A program made the translations under genes and the position numbers. From NCBI GenBank assembly GCA_016707885.1, contig JADJGU010000006.1, positions 43,417 to 107,416 on the forward strand: a stretch of 64,000 bases of DNA, given 5' to 3'. Source of the DNA: Sphingomonadales bacterium (GTDB taxonomy: Bacteria; Pseudomonadota; Alphaproteobacteria; Sphingomonadales; Sphingomonadaceae). Below, one piece after another: positions 1 through 10,003 of this stretch (within the stretch, counting starts at the first letter, position 1; the number at the start of each line of letters is the position of its first letter). The notes below the pieces were generated by a model that was not told where the DNA came from, did no database searches, and saw only the letters and a program-made list of their open reading frames with translations.

Positions 1-318
1 ACCACCGTCGCGATCCAGATGCTGCGCGAGGCGGGCCTGCCCTATATCGTCGTGCTGACCGATCCGACCACCGGCGGCGTCACTGCCAGCTATGCGATGC
101 TCGGCGATATCCAGATTGCCGAACCGGGCGCGCTTATCGGCTTTGCCGGACAGCGCGTGATCGAACAGACAATTCGCGAAAAGCTGCCCGAAGGCTTCCA
201 GCGCGCCGAATATCTGCTCGACCATGGCATGGTCGACATGGTCACGCATCGGCACGAACTGAAAGCTACGCTGGCGCGGCTGGTCGATTATCTGACTGCT
301 GGCAAAAAGGCGGCCTAG
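1..318 (+). CDS. accD: acetyl-CoA carboxylase carboxyltransferase beta subunit, C-terminal part (5' end lies outside the window)
   Basis: The frame is open from base 1. The translation [41 protein letters not shown] is the conserved AccD core. The next gene is folC, the classic accD-folC synteny. Confidence 0.9.
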   Translation, partial: TTVAIQMLREAGLPYIVVLTDPTTGGVTASYAMLGDIQIAEPGALIGFAGQRVIEQTIREKLPEGFQRAEYLLDHGMVDMVTHRHELKATLARLVDYLTAGKKAA

Positions 319-327
319 TTTCCCACC

Positions 328-1644
328 TTGGCCGACCACGCAAAGTCCGATTCTCGCGCCGTCCAGGCACAGCTTGACCGGCTGACAGCGCTCTCACCCG
401 GGCGCGATACGCTGGGGCTGGAGCGGATTGCTGCGCTGTGTGAGAGGCTGGGCAATCCACAGGACCGGCTGCCTCCGGTGTTCCATGTCGCAGGGACCAA
501 CGGCAAAGGTTCGACCTGCGCCTTTTTGCGCGGCGCGATCGAGGCGGCAGGCCTCAAATGCCATGTCTATTCCAGTCCGCATCTGGTGCGCTTCAACGAA
601 CGCATCAGGCTTGCAGGAAACCTGATTGAGGATGAGGTGCTGGCTGCGCTCCTTTCCGAAGTGCTAGATCATGCCGTGGGACTGCAGGCCAGCTTCTTCG
701 AAGTCACCACCGCAGCCGCCTTCCTTGCCTTTTCACGAACACCAGCCGATGCCTGTGTGATTGAGGTCGGGCTTGGCGGGCGGCTCGACGCTACCAACAT
801 CATCAAGAAGCCAGCGGTGTGCGGCATCGCCTCGCTCGGCATCGACCATGAAGGCTTCCTGCTAGCGCCCGAAGACGGCGTGCCCGAAATGCCGCCGCTT
901 GACCGGATAGCCTTTGAAAAATCCGGCATTGCCAAAGCGAATGTGCCGCTGGTCTGTCAGAAATATGCCCCTTCGATGCTGGCCGAGATCGCAAAACAAG
1001 CGATACGCGCCGGTGGGACTCTGGTGGATCGCGGCGAAAGCTGGGATGCCGCCAGCTATGAAAGCCGGTTGCACTATCACGACAAAACGGAAAAGCTCTC
1101 GCTTCCCCTGCCCCGCATGGCCGGGCCGCATCAGGCCGATAATGCTGCGCTCGCCGTTGCAATGCTGCGGCATCAGCACGCGATTGCCATCTCAGAAAGC
1201 GCGCTTGTTGCCGCAATGGAATGGACACGCTGGCCCGCACGCATGCAAAGGCTGGCACAGGGACCATTGGCCGACTTGCTGCCCAAAGGTACCGAAATCT
1301 GGCTCGATGGTGGGCATAATGCTGACGGCGGCCGTGCCATCGCTGCGCATTTTGCGGATGAATCACGCCGCATCCATCTGATCACCGGCATGCTTGCCAA
1401 CAAAGACCCGACTGCAATTATCGCGCCACTAACGGACAGGCTGGCGAGTATCACCGTGCTACCCGTCCCCGGGCATGAGCATCATGGCGTCAAAGCATTC
1501 GGCCAAGGTGCAGTTGCATCGTCCGACATCACCACCGCCCTGCAATCACTCGATGTTGATCCGACTGCGCAGATCATCCTGATCGCGGGAACGCTGTATC
1601 TTGCTGGCGCCGTTCTTACGGCCAATGGTCAACTATTGGACTGA
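328..1644 (+). CDS. folC: bifunctional folylpolyglutamate synthase / dihydrofolate synthase
   Basis: 438-aa ORF with a TTG start. It carries the Mur-ligase P-loop HVAGTNGKGST and DATN/GIDH motifs typical of FolC. Confidence 0.9.
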   Translation: MADHAKSDSRAVQAQLDRLTALSPGRDTLGLERIAALCERLGNPQDRLPPVFHVAGTNGKGSTCAFLRGAIEAAGLKCHVYSSPHLVRFNERIRLAGNLIEDEVLAALLSEVLDHAVGLQASFFEVTTAAAFLAFSRTPADACVIEVGLGGRLDATNIIKKPAVCGIASLGIDHEGFLLAPEDGVPEMPPLDRIAFEKSGIAKANVPLVCQKYAPSMLAEIAKQAIRAGGTLVDRGESWDAASYESRLHYHDKTEKLSLPLPRMAGPHQADNAALAVAMLRHQHAIAISESALVAAMEWTRWPARMQRLAQGPLADLLPKGTEIWLDGGHNADGGRAIAAHFADESRRIHLITGMLANKDPTAIIAPLTDRLASITVLPVPGHEHHGVKAFGQGAVASSDITTALQSLDVDPTAQIILIAGTLYLAGAVLTANGQLLD

Positions 1645-1647
1645 GGC

Positions 1648-2970
1648 TCAGGTAGAGCTAGCAGGCTTGCCGTCAAATGTTGCTGCAGTGCCAATCGAAC
1701 TATCGGCTAGCCCGCTTCGCATCATCATCCAGAACAATATGATACCGGGCAACGCAACCACCGTTGTCAGCAGATAGAAGTTGAAGAATCCCATTCCTTC
1801 AACCATCGCACCGGCAGTTGTACCGGTTAAAAAGCGACCGACGATACTTGCTGCCGAAGAAATCAAGGCATAGTGCGCCGCAGTAAATCGGAGATCGCAG
1901 AGCGCCGCAAAATAGGCGACCAATACCGTCCCACCGATGCCGCTGGCAAAGTTTTCGAAACCGATAGTCGCCGCCAAGCCCCAGTTACTATGTCCCGCAG
2001 CCGCCAGAAGGGCAAAGCTCAAATTGGATATCATCATTAGAAACAAGCTAAGCAAAACGGAACGCTTCAGGCCCAATTTTGCATACAAAATACCGCCAAC
2101 AAAAATACCGACGAGGAAAGCCCAGAACCCGACTCCGACATCGTAAATTGCGATTTCGTCATTCGAAAAACCAAGATCTTCCAACAGCAACCGAAGAGTC
2201 AGATTGGCCAGAGTATCGCCGATTTTATGGAGCAGGATAAACAGTAGGACCAGCCAAGCACCGTGACGACTGAAGAATTCCTTGAACGGTCCCACTATGG
2301 ACTCGCCAATGTTGATGGCCTTTCGCGCCACCGCCTCCCTGTGCCGAGCCGGTTCACCACCCCACAGTACGGCAATGACAGCGGGGACAGCAAATGCTGC
2401 GCACACAAAATACGCAGCCTCCCAACCCATTCGTGCTGCAACCACAAGTGCGAGCGCGCCAGCGCCTGCCGAACCCAGCCGCCATCCATATTGGCTCATG
2501 CCCGCGCCAATGCCCTGTTGGTCAGGCCGCAGCACCTCAATCCTGTATGCGTCAATTACAATATCAAAAGTCGCGCCCGCAAAACCGAGGAGAACAGCCG
2601 AATAGGCCGTAAAGAGCAAACCAGCTTTCGGATCAGAAAGTCCTAGATTGGCAACCGCGATTGCGACAAAGGCTGCGGACACAATCATCCAAGATACACG
2701 CTGCCCCAATCGGCCTAAAATTGGAATTCGAACACCGTCGACTATCCACGCCCAAGCCCATTTGAAATTGTAAACAAGAAACGCCAACGCGAAAGCTGTA
2801 ACAGCCTTTTTATCGATACCGTCTTGTGCCAGTCGCGTGGACAGCGTCGCGCCTATCATTGCGTAAGGAAAACCAGAGGAAATGCCGAGTAGCAACGCAA
2901 TCAAAGCCTCTTTTTCCAGATATGGCTTAAGCGCGTCGAGCCAACTGCGGCTTTCGCTAACGGTGTTCAT
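1648..2970 (-). CDS. ampG: AmpG-family MFS muropeptide permease
   Basis: Polytopic membrane protein. The N-terminus MNTVSESRSWLDALKPYLEKEALIALLLGISSGFPY...FKWAWAWIVD matches the AmpG pattern. I chose the internal ATG at 2970 over the long ORF-track start at 3243. Confidence 0.8.
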   Translation of the reverse strand: MNTVSESRSWLDALKPYLEKEALIALLLGISSGFPYAMIGATLSTRLAQDGIDKKAVTAFALAFLVYNFKWAWAWIVDGVRIPILGRLGQRVSWMIVSAAFVAIAVANLGLSDPKAGLLFTAYSAVLLGFAGATFDIVIDAYRIEVLRPDQQGIGAGMSQYGWRLGSAGAGALALVVAARMGWEAAYFVCAAFAVPAVIAVLWGGEPARHREAVARKAINIGESIVGPFKEFFSRHGAWLVLLFILLHKIGDTLANLTLRLLLEDLGFSNDEIAIYDVGVGFWAFLVGIFVGGILYAKLGLKRSVLLSLFLMMISNLSFALLAAAGHSNWGLAATIGFENFASGIGGTVLVAYFAALCDLRFTAAHYALISSAASIVGRFLTGTTAGAMVEGMGFFNFYLLTTVVALPGIILFWMMMRSGLADSSIGTAATFDGKPASST

Positions 2971-3020
2971 GCGCGTCCCCTCTTGTTTTCCTGACACCTT
3001 GCCTAACGTTCTTTTCCTGA

Positions 3021-3944
3021 ATGACCAGTGACTTTTACAGCCAAGTCGGGCATGGCGCGCGCATGGCTCAACCACCCTCCAAACGTCCGCCTGCCAAAGG
3101 CCCTGCTTCGGGCAAAGCCCCAGCGCGCACTTCAAAGCCGCCCAAGCTGCGCTGGGATGCAAAACCGGTGCGCAAGCCGCGCCCCGATGCCGCGCCAAGC
3201 AAAGGCGCGTTGGAACGAGCCGATGGTGAGGAACGCATCGCAAAACTGCTCGCGCGCGCGGGCGTCGCCTCGCGTCGTGAAATTGAACGGATGATCGCGG
3301 ACAAGCGCATCACGCTCAACGGTGTCGCGGTGGAAACGCCCGCCACCTTGCTCAAATCACTGCACGGTGTCGCGGTTGATGGGAAGGCCGTGGGCCAGCC
3401 CGCGCCAACGCAACTTTATCTGTTCCACAAACCCGAAGGCTGCCTGACCGCCGAGCGCGATTTCAGCGGGCGCAAGACGATTTACGACATATTGCCCAAG
3501 GATCTGCCGCGACTGATGCCAATCGGACGGCTCGATTTGAACACCGAAGGGCTGCTGCTGCTGACCAATGACGGTGAGTTTAAGCGTCAGATGGAAATGC
3601 CGTCGACAGGCGTCGAGCGCACCTACCGGGCTCGCTGTTTCGGCGACATCAGCCAGTCTCAGCTCGAAGAACTGATCCACGGCATCGAAATCGATGGCGT
3701 CCGCTATGGCAAGATCGACGCCAATCTCGAACGGCGCACCGGGCGCAATGGCTGGCTCGAAATGACACTGACCGAGGGCAAGAACCGCGAAGTCCGCCGC
3801 GTGCTCGAACATTTCGGGCTGGAGGTCAGCCGCCTGATCCGCACGCGCTATGGCCCGTTCGTACTGGGCGATATGGCCCCGGGCGATGTCGGCGAAGTCC
3901 GACGGGTGGATTTGATCGAATTCAGGAATACACTGAAAGCATGA
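3021..3944 (+). CDS. rluB: RluB/RsuA-family 23S rRNA pseudouridine synthase with a basic N-terminal extension
   Basis: S4 domain (RIAKLLARAGVASRREIERMI) followed by the catalytic GRLDLNTEGLLLLTNDG motif. An alternative start exists at the ATG at 3063. Confidence 0.8.
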   Translation: MTSDFYSQVGHGARMAQPPSKRPPAKGPASGKAPARTSKPPKLRWDAKPVRKPRPDAAPSKGALERADGEERIAKLLARAGVASRREIERMIADKRITLNGVAVETPATLLKSLHGVAVDGKAVGQPAPTQLYLFHKPEGCLTAERDFSGRKTIYDILPKDLPRLMPIGRLDLNTEGLLLLTNDGEFKRQMEMPSTGVERTYRARCFGDISQSQLEELIHGIEIDGVRYGKIDANLERRTGRNGWLEMTLTEGKNREVRRVLEHFGLEVSRLIRTRYGPFVLGDMAPGDVGEVRRVDLIEFRNTLKA

Positions 3945-4495
3945 GGATTATTTCCGGCACCTGGCGCTCGCGTCCGCTGATCGCGCCCAAGGGTGATACC
4001 ACACGCCCGACCGCCGATCGCACCCGCGAGACGCTTTTCTCGATGCTCACCAGCCGCCTTGGGTCATTTGAAGGCCTGCAGGTGCTCGACCTGTTTTCGG
4101 GTTCTGGTGCGCTGGGGCTGGAGGCGCTGTCGCGTGGGGCGGCGCATTGTGTTTTTGTAGAACAGGATAAAGCTACGCTCGATGCTTTGGAAAGCAACAT
4201 CTCCAAACTTGGCGCGCGCGGCCTGACCGAGATCCGTCGTTCGTCAGTACTATCACTGGGGCCAGCAACGAAAGCATATGACCTGATCCTGATGGACCCG
4301 CCTTATGGCACAGGAGCGGGCGCTGTAGCGTTGGACAAAATGTCTCGGCTGGGCTGGGTAGCATCGGGCGCGCTGGTCAGCATCGAAACCGGCAACCGCG
4401 AAGACACCGTCGTCAAAGGTTTCGAAATCGACACTACCCGCGACATCGGCAAAGCGCGGCTCACTTTGCTGCGTCCTGAAAGCGTGGCCAAGTGA
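3941..4495 (+). CDS. rsmD: 16S rRNA (guanine966-N2)-methyltransferase
   Basis: MRIISGTWRSRPL...TRPTADRTRETLFSML, an SAM motif LDLFSGSGALGLEALSRGA, and the DPPY motif. ATGA overlap with the rluB stop. Confidence 0.85.
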   Translation: MRIISGTWRSRPLIAPKGDTTRPTADRTRETLFSMLTSRLGSFEGLQVLDLFSGSGALGLEALSRGAAHCVFVEQDKATLDALESNISKLGARGLTEIRRSSVLSLGPATKAYDLILMDPPYGTGAGAVALDKMSRLGWVASGALVSIETGNREDTVVKGFEIDTTRDIGKARLTLLRPESVAK

Positions 4496-5403
4496 CGCAA
4501 AGCCCCAAGCTTGACGGCACCGGCTGGCTGCTGATCGGTATATTGTCGATCCTGTGGGGTGGCGCATTTTTTCTGATCGAGGTCGGGCTGCGCAGCTATC
4601 CACCCATCACGCTGGTTTTCATGCGCCTCGCGCTTGCCGTCCCGCCGATGTGGTTTGCAATGCGCTTGATGGGCGAACGCCTACCCAAGGAGCCGCGCAT
4701 CTGGGGGTTGCTCGCGATTGTCGGCGCACTCAATTGCGCCCTGCCGTTCATCCTCTTTTTCTGGGGGCAGCAATATCTCGACAGCGGCTATGCCTCGATC
4801 CTGAACGCGACCACCCCGCTATGGGGGGTGATCACCGCGCATTTCTTGACCAGCGATGAAAAGGCCACTCCGGCGCGCATCATTGGCGTATTGATCGGCA
4901 TGGCGGGGATCGTGGTTATGGTCGGGCCAGAGGCGATGAAGGGGCTGTCGAACAACCTGCTCGCGCAATTGGCTTGTATCGTCTCAACCATCTTCTACAG
5001 CTTTGCCGCGATCTATGGTCGCCGCCTGTCGCAAACCGAGCTGACGCCGATGGCCGTTGCAACCGGGCAGACGATGATGGCTGCTTTGATGATGGTACCG
5101 ATTGTTGCAGTGATGGACCAGCCGTGGACGATGGCAGCACCGCGCCTCGATTCGACACTGGCGGGCATCACGCTCGCCATCTTTTCGACCGCGCTGGCCT
5201 ATACGCTTTACTTCCGGCTGATCGACCGATCAGGCGCATCGAATGCGCAGCTCGTGGCGTTCCTCATGCCGATCCTCGCGGTCATACTCGGCATCGCTTT
5301 TCTGGGCGAAAGCCTGTCAGGCGGGCAGATTGCGGGCGCGGGGCTGATCGCTATTGGCCTGGCGATATTAGACGGCCGCCTCGTCGCGCGATTTCAGAAG
5401 TAA
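4492..5403 (+). CDS. EamA/DMT-family transporter
   Basis: About ten predicted TM helices in the two-repeat EamA architecture. GTGA overlap with the rsmD stop. Confidence 0.8.
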   Translation: MTQSPKLDGTGWLLIGILSILWGGAFFLIEVGLRSYPPITLVFMRLALAVPPMWFAMRLMGERLPKEPRIWGLLAIVGALNCALPFILFFWGQQYLDSGYASILNATTPLWGVITAHFLTSDEKATPARIIGVLIGMAGIVVMVGPEAMKGLSNNLLAQLACIVSTIFYSFAAIYGRRLSQTELTPMAVATGQTMMAALMMVPIVAVMDQPWTMAAPRLDSTLAGITLAIFSTALAYTLYFRLIDRSGASNAQLVAFLMPILAVILGIAFLGESLSGGQIAGAGLIAIGLAILDGRLVARFQK

Positions 5404-6645
5404 CAGGCCGAACAGGCTGAGCACCGCAATCACCGCGAGATAATAGCCGACATATTCGAGGCCGCGCTCGGAAAGCTTGAGCGCGATATTGGGGGCGAGC
5501 GCCCCGCCCAAAATCCCCGCCGCGTTGAAGCAGATTGACGCGCCCGTATAGCGCACCCGCGCCGGAAACAGCCCCGGCAGCCAGGCACCGAGCGGACCAT
5601 AAACCAGCCCCATCACGAACAGCAGCAGCGAAAGATAAACCCCGGTCAGGAACAAATCGCCGCTGCCCAGCCAAGGCGCAGTTGTGAAGCTGCCGACAAA
5701 CATCGCAGCGCAGCCGACGCCCAGCACGAAGGCTGGCCGCGTCCGGTCCGCCCAATAGCCAGAGACGATGATCCCGGCGGCCATGAACAGGATGGCGACC
5801 AACTGGACGCCAAGGAAATCCTCCCGCACCAAACCCAGCTTGGTGGTGCCATAGCCCAGCGCGAAGGCAGTCGAGAGGTAGAAGATGGCGAAGCAGGCAA
5901 TGGCCGCAAAAGTGCCGCCGAACAGCTGTAAGGGATGCGTGCGCACCACTTCGGCTACGGGAACCTTCGGCGGTGGAGCCTCCTCCAACGCCGCAGCAAA
6001 AGCCGGGGTTTCGGTTAGCTTCAGCCGCACCCACAGTCCGATACCGACCAGCAGCGCGCTAAGCAGGAATGGTATCCGCCAGCCCCATTCGCGGAAATCA
6101 GCGTCGCTGAGCAGCAGGCCCAAAATCAGGAACAAACCATTCGACAGGATGAAGCCCACCGGCGCACCCAGTTGCGGGAACATGCCATAGCGGGCTTTCT
6201 TGCCCTCGGGTGCATTCTCCACCGCAAGCAAAGCCGCCCCGCCCCATTCGCCACCCAGCCCGAAACCTTGCCCAAAGCGCAGAATGCACAGCAGCAGCGG
6301 CGCTATCCAACCAGCAACCGCATAGGTCGGCAGCAACGCGATGCAGAAGGTCGAAATACCCATAATCATCAGCGACCAGACGAGCGTCGCCTTGCGCCCG
6401 ATCCGGTCGCCATAATGGCCAAACACCAGCGCCCCGACCGGCCGCGCAATGAATGCCAAGGCAAAGGTCAGCCAGCTTTGCAGCAACTGCGCCTCGGGGC
6501 TGGAGGTCGGGAAGAAAAGCGGCCCGAAGACCAACGAAGCCGCGGTCGCGAAAATATAGAAGTCGTAAAATTCGACCGCCGTCCCCGCCATCGCCGCGCC
6601 CAAAATGCGCTTATGCGATGCGCCCTGTATAGTCCGCTGTGTCAT
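5368..6645 (-). CDS. MFS transporter, metabolite:H+ symporter (ProP-like) type
   Basis: Polytopic protein with FYDFYIF, GHYGDRIGRK and GGEWGGA motifs typical of MHS-family MFS. Internal ATG at 6645 chosen as the start. Confidence 0.8.
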   Translation of the reverse strand: MTQRTIQGASHKRILGAAMAGTAVEFYDFYIFATAASLVFGPLFFPTSSPEAQLLQSWLTFALAFIARPVGALVFGHYGDRIGRKATLVWSLMIMGISTFCIALLPTYAVAGWIAPLLLCILRFGQGFGLGGEWGGAALLAVENAPEGKKARYGMFPQLGAPVGFILSNGLFLILGLLLSDADFREWGWRIPFLLSALLVGIGLWVRLKLTETPAFAAALEEAPPPKVPVAEVVRTHPLQLFGGTFAAIACFAIFYLSTAFALGYGTTKLGLVREDFLGVQLVAILFMAAGIIVSGYWADRTRPAFVLGVGCAAMFVGSFTTAPWLGSGDLFLTGVYLSLLLFVMGLVYGPLGAWLPGLFPARVRYTGASICFNAAGILGGALAPNIALKLSERGLEYVGYYLAVIAVLSLFGLLLLKSRDEAAV

Positions 6646-6709
6646 GCTGCCCTCGCTGGCATCGTCTGTGCGCAAAGGAAAGCGGAAAAGTGCATTGCCC
6701 CCGTCGCCC

Positions 6710-9019
6710 ATGTTCCCTAATCGTTCGCGCGTGACTCATAACCCGCCTGCCCCGCAATATCCCTGGCTCGAAGGCCTGAACCCGCCGCAGCGCGAGGCTG
6801 TGCTGACCACTGAGGGCCCGGTTCTGGTTCTGGCAGGCGCTGGCACTGGCAAGACCGCTGCCCTCACAGCGCGGCTGGCGCATATCATCGCCGAGCGGCT
6901 GGCATGGCCGTCTGAAATCCTCGCCGTTACCTTCACCAACAAGGCCGCGCGCGAGATGAAGGAACGGATGGGCCGGATGATCGGCGATGCCGTCGAGGGC
7001 ATGCCGTGGCTCGGCACCTTTCACTCGATCGGCGCGAAGATGCTGCGGCGCCATGCCGAACTGCTCGGTCTCAAAAGCAATTTCACCATCATCGATACCG
7101 ATGACCAGCTGCGCCTGCTTAAGCAATTGATCGAGGCTGCCAATCTTGACGAAAAACGCTGGCCCGCCCGCAGCCTCGCTGGCCTCATCGACAAGTGGAA
7201 GAATAAAGGCCTGACTCCGGCAGATCTCGATGCGGGTGAAAGCGCGCTTTACGCCGATGGCAAAGGCCAGGCGATGTATACCGTCTATCAGGCGCGCCTT
7301 CGCGAACTCAACGCCTGCGACTTTGGCGACTTGTTGCTGCATAATCTGACGCTGCTCAAAAACCACCGCGACGTGCTCGCGGAGTATCAGGAGAAGTTCA
7401 AATATATCCTGGTCGACGAATATCAGGATACCAATGCGGTCCAATATCTCTGGCTCCGGCTGCTCGCGCAAAAGCGGAAGAATATCGCCTGTGTCGGCGA
7501 TGACGACCAGTCGATCTACAGCTGGCGCGGTGCGGAGGTGGCCAACATATTGCGCTTTGAAAAGGATTTTCCCGGCGCAAAAATCATCCGGCTGGAACAG
7601 AATTACCGTTCCACCCCGCATATCCTTGCCGCCGCCTCGGGCCTGATTGCGGCCAACAGCGGCCGGTTGGGCAAGACGCTGTGGACCGATCTCGACAGCG
7701 GCGAAAAGGTGCGCATCCTTGGCGTATGGGATGGGCCAGAGGAGGCGCGGCGCATCGGCGACGAGATAGAGGCGCTGCAATATAAAAAGGTCTCGTTGAA
7801 CGATATCGCGATCCTCGTCCGCGCACAGTTCCAGACGCGCGAGTTTGAAGACCGCTTCATCCAGATCGGCCTCAACTACAAGATTATCGGCGGTTTCCGT
7901 TTCTATGAACGCGCCGAAATCCGCGATGCCATCGCCTATCTGCGCGTCATCAACCAGCCCGCCGACGACCTTGCCTTCGAACGCATCGTCAACACGCCGA
8001 AGCGCGGGATTGGCGACAAGGCGGTCGAGAAAATCCACCGCGTCTCGCGTGCAGAGGGCGTGCCGCTCTCGGTCGGCGCGGCGCGCATCATCGGCACCGA
8101 TGAGCTGACCGGCAAGGCGCGCAAATCGCTGTCGGATCTGGTCATAGATATCGCCCGCTGGCGCGACAGCGCCACCACCCTGCCCCCGTCCGCGCTGACC
8201 GAACTGGTGCTGGAGGACAGCGGCTATACCGCGATGCTGCAGGCCGAGCGCAGTGTTGAGGCATCGGGGCGGCTCGAAAACCTCAAGGAACTTGTCCGCG
8301 CGATGGAGGAATATGAAACGCTCGGCGATTTCCTCGAACATGTCAGCCTCGTCATGGATAATGACGCGAACGCACAGGACGAAGCCGTCACCATCATGAC
8401 GATCCATGCCGCCAAGGGGCTGGAATATAATCATGTGTTCTGCGTCGGCTGGGAAGATGGCGTCTTCCCCTCGCAGCGCGCGATGGATGAAGGCGGCCTC
8501 GCCAGCGTCGAGGAAGAACGCCGCCTCGCCTATGTCGCGATCACCCGCGCCCGCGAAAAATGCACCATCACTCATGCCGCAAACCGGCGGATTTACGGCC
8601 AATGGACCAGCAGCATCCCCAGCCGCTTCATCGACGAACTGCCCGAAGAGCATATCGAGAATGAGCAGACGATGACCGGCGGTGCTTCACTGTGGCGCGC
8701 CAACTGGAGCGAACGCGCAGACCCCTTCGCCCACTTGGCGGCCGCCAACGCCACAAGAGCAGGACAGCGTGGGCCGGGCTGGCAGAGGGCGGCGACCAGC
8801 GGCGGGTTTAACCCGGTGCCGTCACGGGTCAGCGAAGCGAACAAGCCCGCTGTGGGATTGGGTGCGCAGGGCCGCACCGACCTCGCCATCGGCATGCGCG
8901 TGTTTCACGAGAAATTCGGTTATGGCGTGATCGAGGATATCGAAGGCAACAAGCTGGAGATTGAATTTGAACAGGCCGGGCGGAAGCGGGTGATGGATAG
9001 TTTTGTGACGGTGGGGTGA
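6710..9019 (+). CDS. uvrD: ATP-dependent DNA helicase II (UvrD/PcrA family)
   Basis: Walker A AGAGTGKT, motifs TFTNKAAREM, VDEYQDTN, QNYRS and VTIMTIHAAKGLE, plus the C-terminal FHEKFGYGVI tail. Start placed at the ATG at 6710. Confidence 0.9.
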   Translation: MFPNRSRVTHNPPAPQYPWLEGLNPPQREAVLTTEGPVLVLAGAGTGKTAALTARLAHIIAERLAWPSEILAVTFTNKAAREMKERMGRMIGDAVEGMPWLGTFHSIGAKMLRRHAELLGLKSNFTIIDTDDQLRLLKQLIEAANLDEKRWPARSLAGLIDKWKNKGLTPADLDAGESALYADGKGQAMYTVYQARLRELNACDFGDLLLHNLTLLKNHRDVLAEYQEKFKYILVDEYQDTNAVQYLWLRLLAQKRKNIACVGDDDQSIYSWRGAEVANILRFEKDFPGAKIIRLEQNYRSTPHILAAASGLIAANSGRLGKTLWTDLDSGEKVRILGVWDGPEEARRIGDEIEALQYKKVSLNDIAILVRAQFQTREFEDRFIQIGLNYKIIGGFRFYERAEIRDAIAYLRVINQPADDLAFERIVNTPKRGIGDKAVEKIHRVSRAEGVPLSVGAARIIGTDELTGKARKSLSDLVIDIARWRDSATTLPPSALTELVLEDSGYTAMLQAERSVEASGRLENLKELVRAMEEYETLGDFLEHVSLVMDNDANAQDEAVTIMTIHAAKGLEYNHVFCVGWEDGVFPSQRAMDEGGLASVEEERRLAYVAITRAREKCTITHAANRRIYGQWTSSIPSRFIDELPEEHIENEQTMTGGASLWRANWSERADPFAHLAAANATRAGQRGPGWQRAATSGGFNPVPSRVSEANKPAVGLGAQGRTDLAIGMRVFHEKFGYGVIEDIEGNKLEIEFEQAGRKRVMDSFVTVG

Positions 9020-9754
9020 GTGAAAAACTTACGTACCTTATGCATTTCACTATTGGAATTTTGTGAGCGGCAGTTTCGGCTGTTGGAATTATCCGTTCCG
9101 CCGCCAGAATGGGTTCCTTGGGAAGGCAGCTTTAATTGGCGTTATGTTGAAAAACAACCGACACAAATGCTCGTTCAAAAACTGGCTCGTCAAATCACTG
9201 GACTAAAGGCACTTGATCACCTTTTCCTCAAAGGCCTCCTTCAGGAGGTTGGAGTAATGTTTCGTGTCCTGGACGAGCTAAGCGAAGATATTTCCTATAT
9301 AAGCCTTGCTATGGCGAACGACAATTGGACTGAGAATCACACTCGATATTCCGATTATTTCTGGTCTGAGGATGATGAGGATCGGCAGCCACCAGTTCCT
9401 CGTAAGAAAATTCGCGCATACATAAATCGGGTATTCGATTTGTCAGATCCCTCATCAGCAGATTCGGTTGGACGAGTTCTGCATAAAACTTATTCCGACT
9501 ATATCCACGCTCGATCTGCTCCAACGATGGGAATGGTTTGCGGACCGCCTGCCCAATTCGAACTGGATGGCATAGCCGACATCAATGCACGTCGACCATA
9601 CGTTGAGCAGATACCCAGCTACTTTTATCGAGCCGCGATGAGTACAGTAGTGGCAGCCAAAGTCGTTCTACCGGAAAATCTAAGTGCAGCGTGTTATGAG
9701 GAGTTCTGCAAATTTGAACGCGATAATGCGGATTTGCTATTCCCAGATCGTTAG
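9020..9754 (+). CDS. hypothetical protein (244 aa), low-GC orphan gene
   Basis: Long open frame in a stretch visibly lower in GC than its flanks. The GTG start directly follows the uvrD TGA; the first in-frame ATG is at 9167. No TM segment or signal peptide is evident. Confidence 0.5.
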   Translation: MKNLRTLCISLLEFCERQFRLLELSVPPPEWVPWEGSFNWRYVEKQPTQMLVQKLARQITGLKALDHLFLKGLLQEVGVMFRVLDELSEDISYISLAMANDNWTENHTRYSDYFWSEDDEDRQPPVPRKKIRAYINRVFDLSDPSSADSVGRVLHKTYSDYIHARSAPTMGMVCGPPAQFELDGIADINARRPYVEQIPSYFYRAAMSTVVAAKVVLPENLSAACYEEFCKFERDNADLLFPDR

Positions 9755-10003
9755 ACGCTAGTTCGTGGTTTAGAGCCTGACTTCCCACTCCTTACTGAGG
9801 GGCGAGAGTTTCTCCGTAGATACCAAAAAACCTCTGTCCTACACGCCTGCAAATCACGCATAGACTGGTCAATGCGCGACTCCCGCCTCTTCACTTCCCC
9901 ACCAACCGTCAGCCACCGTAAAACGCTATCTACTAAAGTGACAAAGGTAACAAACGGCCCCCACCGTACCGGTAACCTGTGTCACCTTAAGCACCCTTCG
10001 CTG

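Noticed and set aside
6611-8653. 680-aa ORF antisense to uvrD
   Set aside because: It lies entirely inside, and opposite to, a gene with unmistakable helicase motifs. Its translation is Arg/Ala/Gly-rich and low in complexity with no motifs. This is a typical stop-poor antisense frame in high-GC DNA.
9755-10003. Partial inverted and direct repeats (GTGACA...TGTCAC, GGTAAC x2) in the spacer after the orphan gene, considered as a possible element end or att site
   Set aside because: The repeats are short and imperfect, with no matching partner found at the other edge (9020). I could not support them as a mobile-element boundary.
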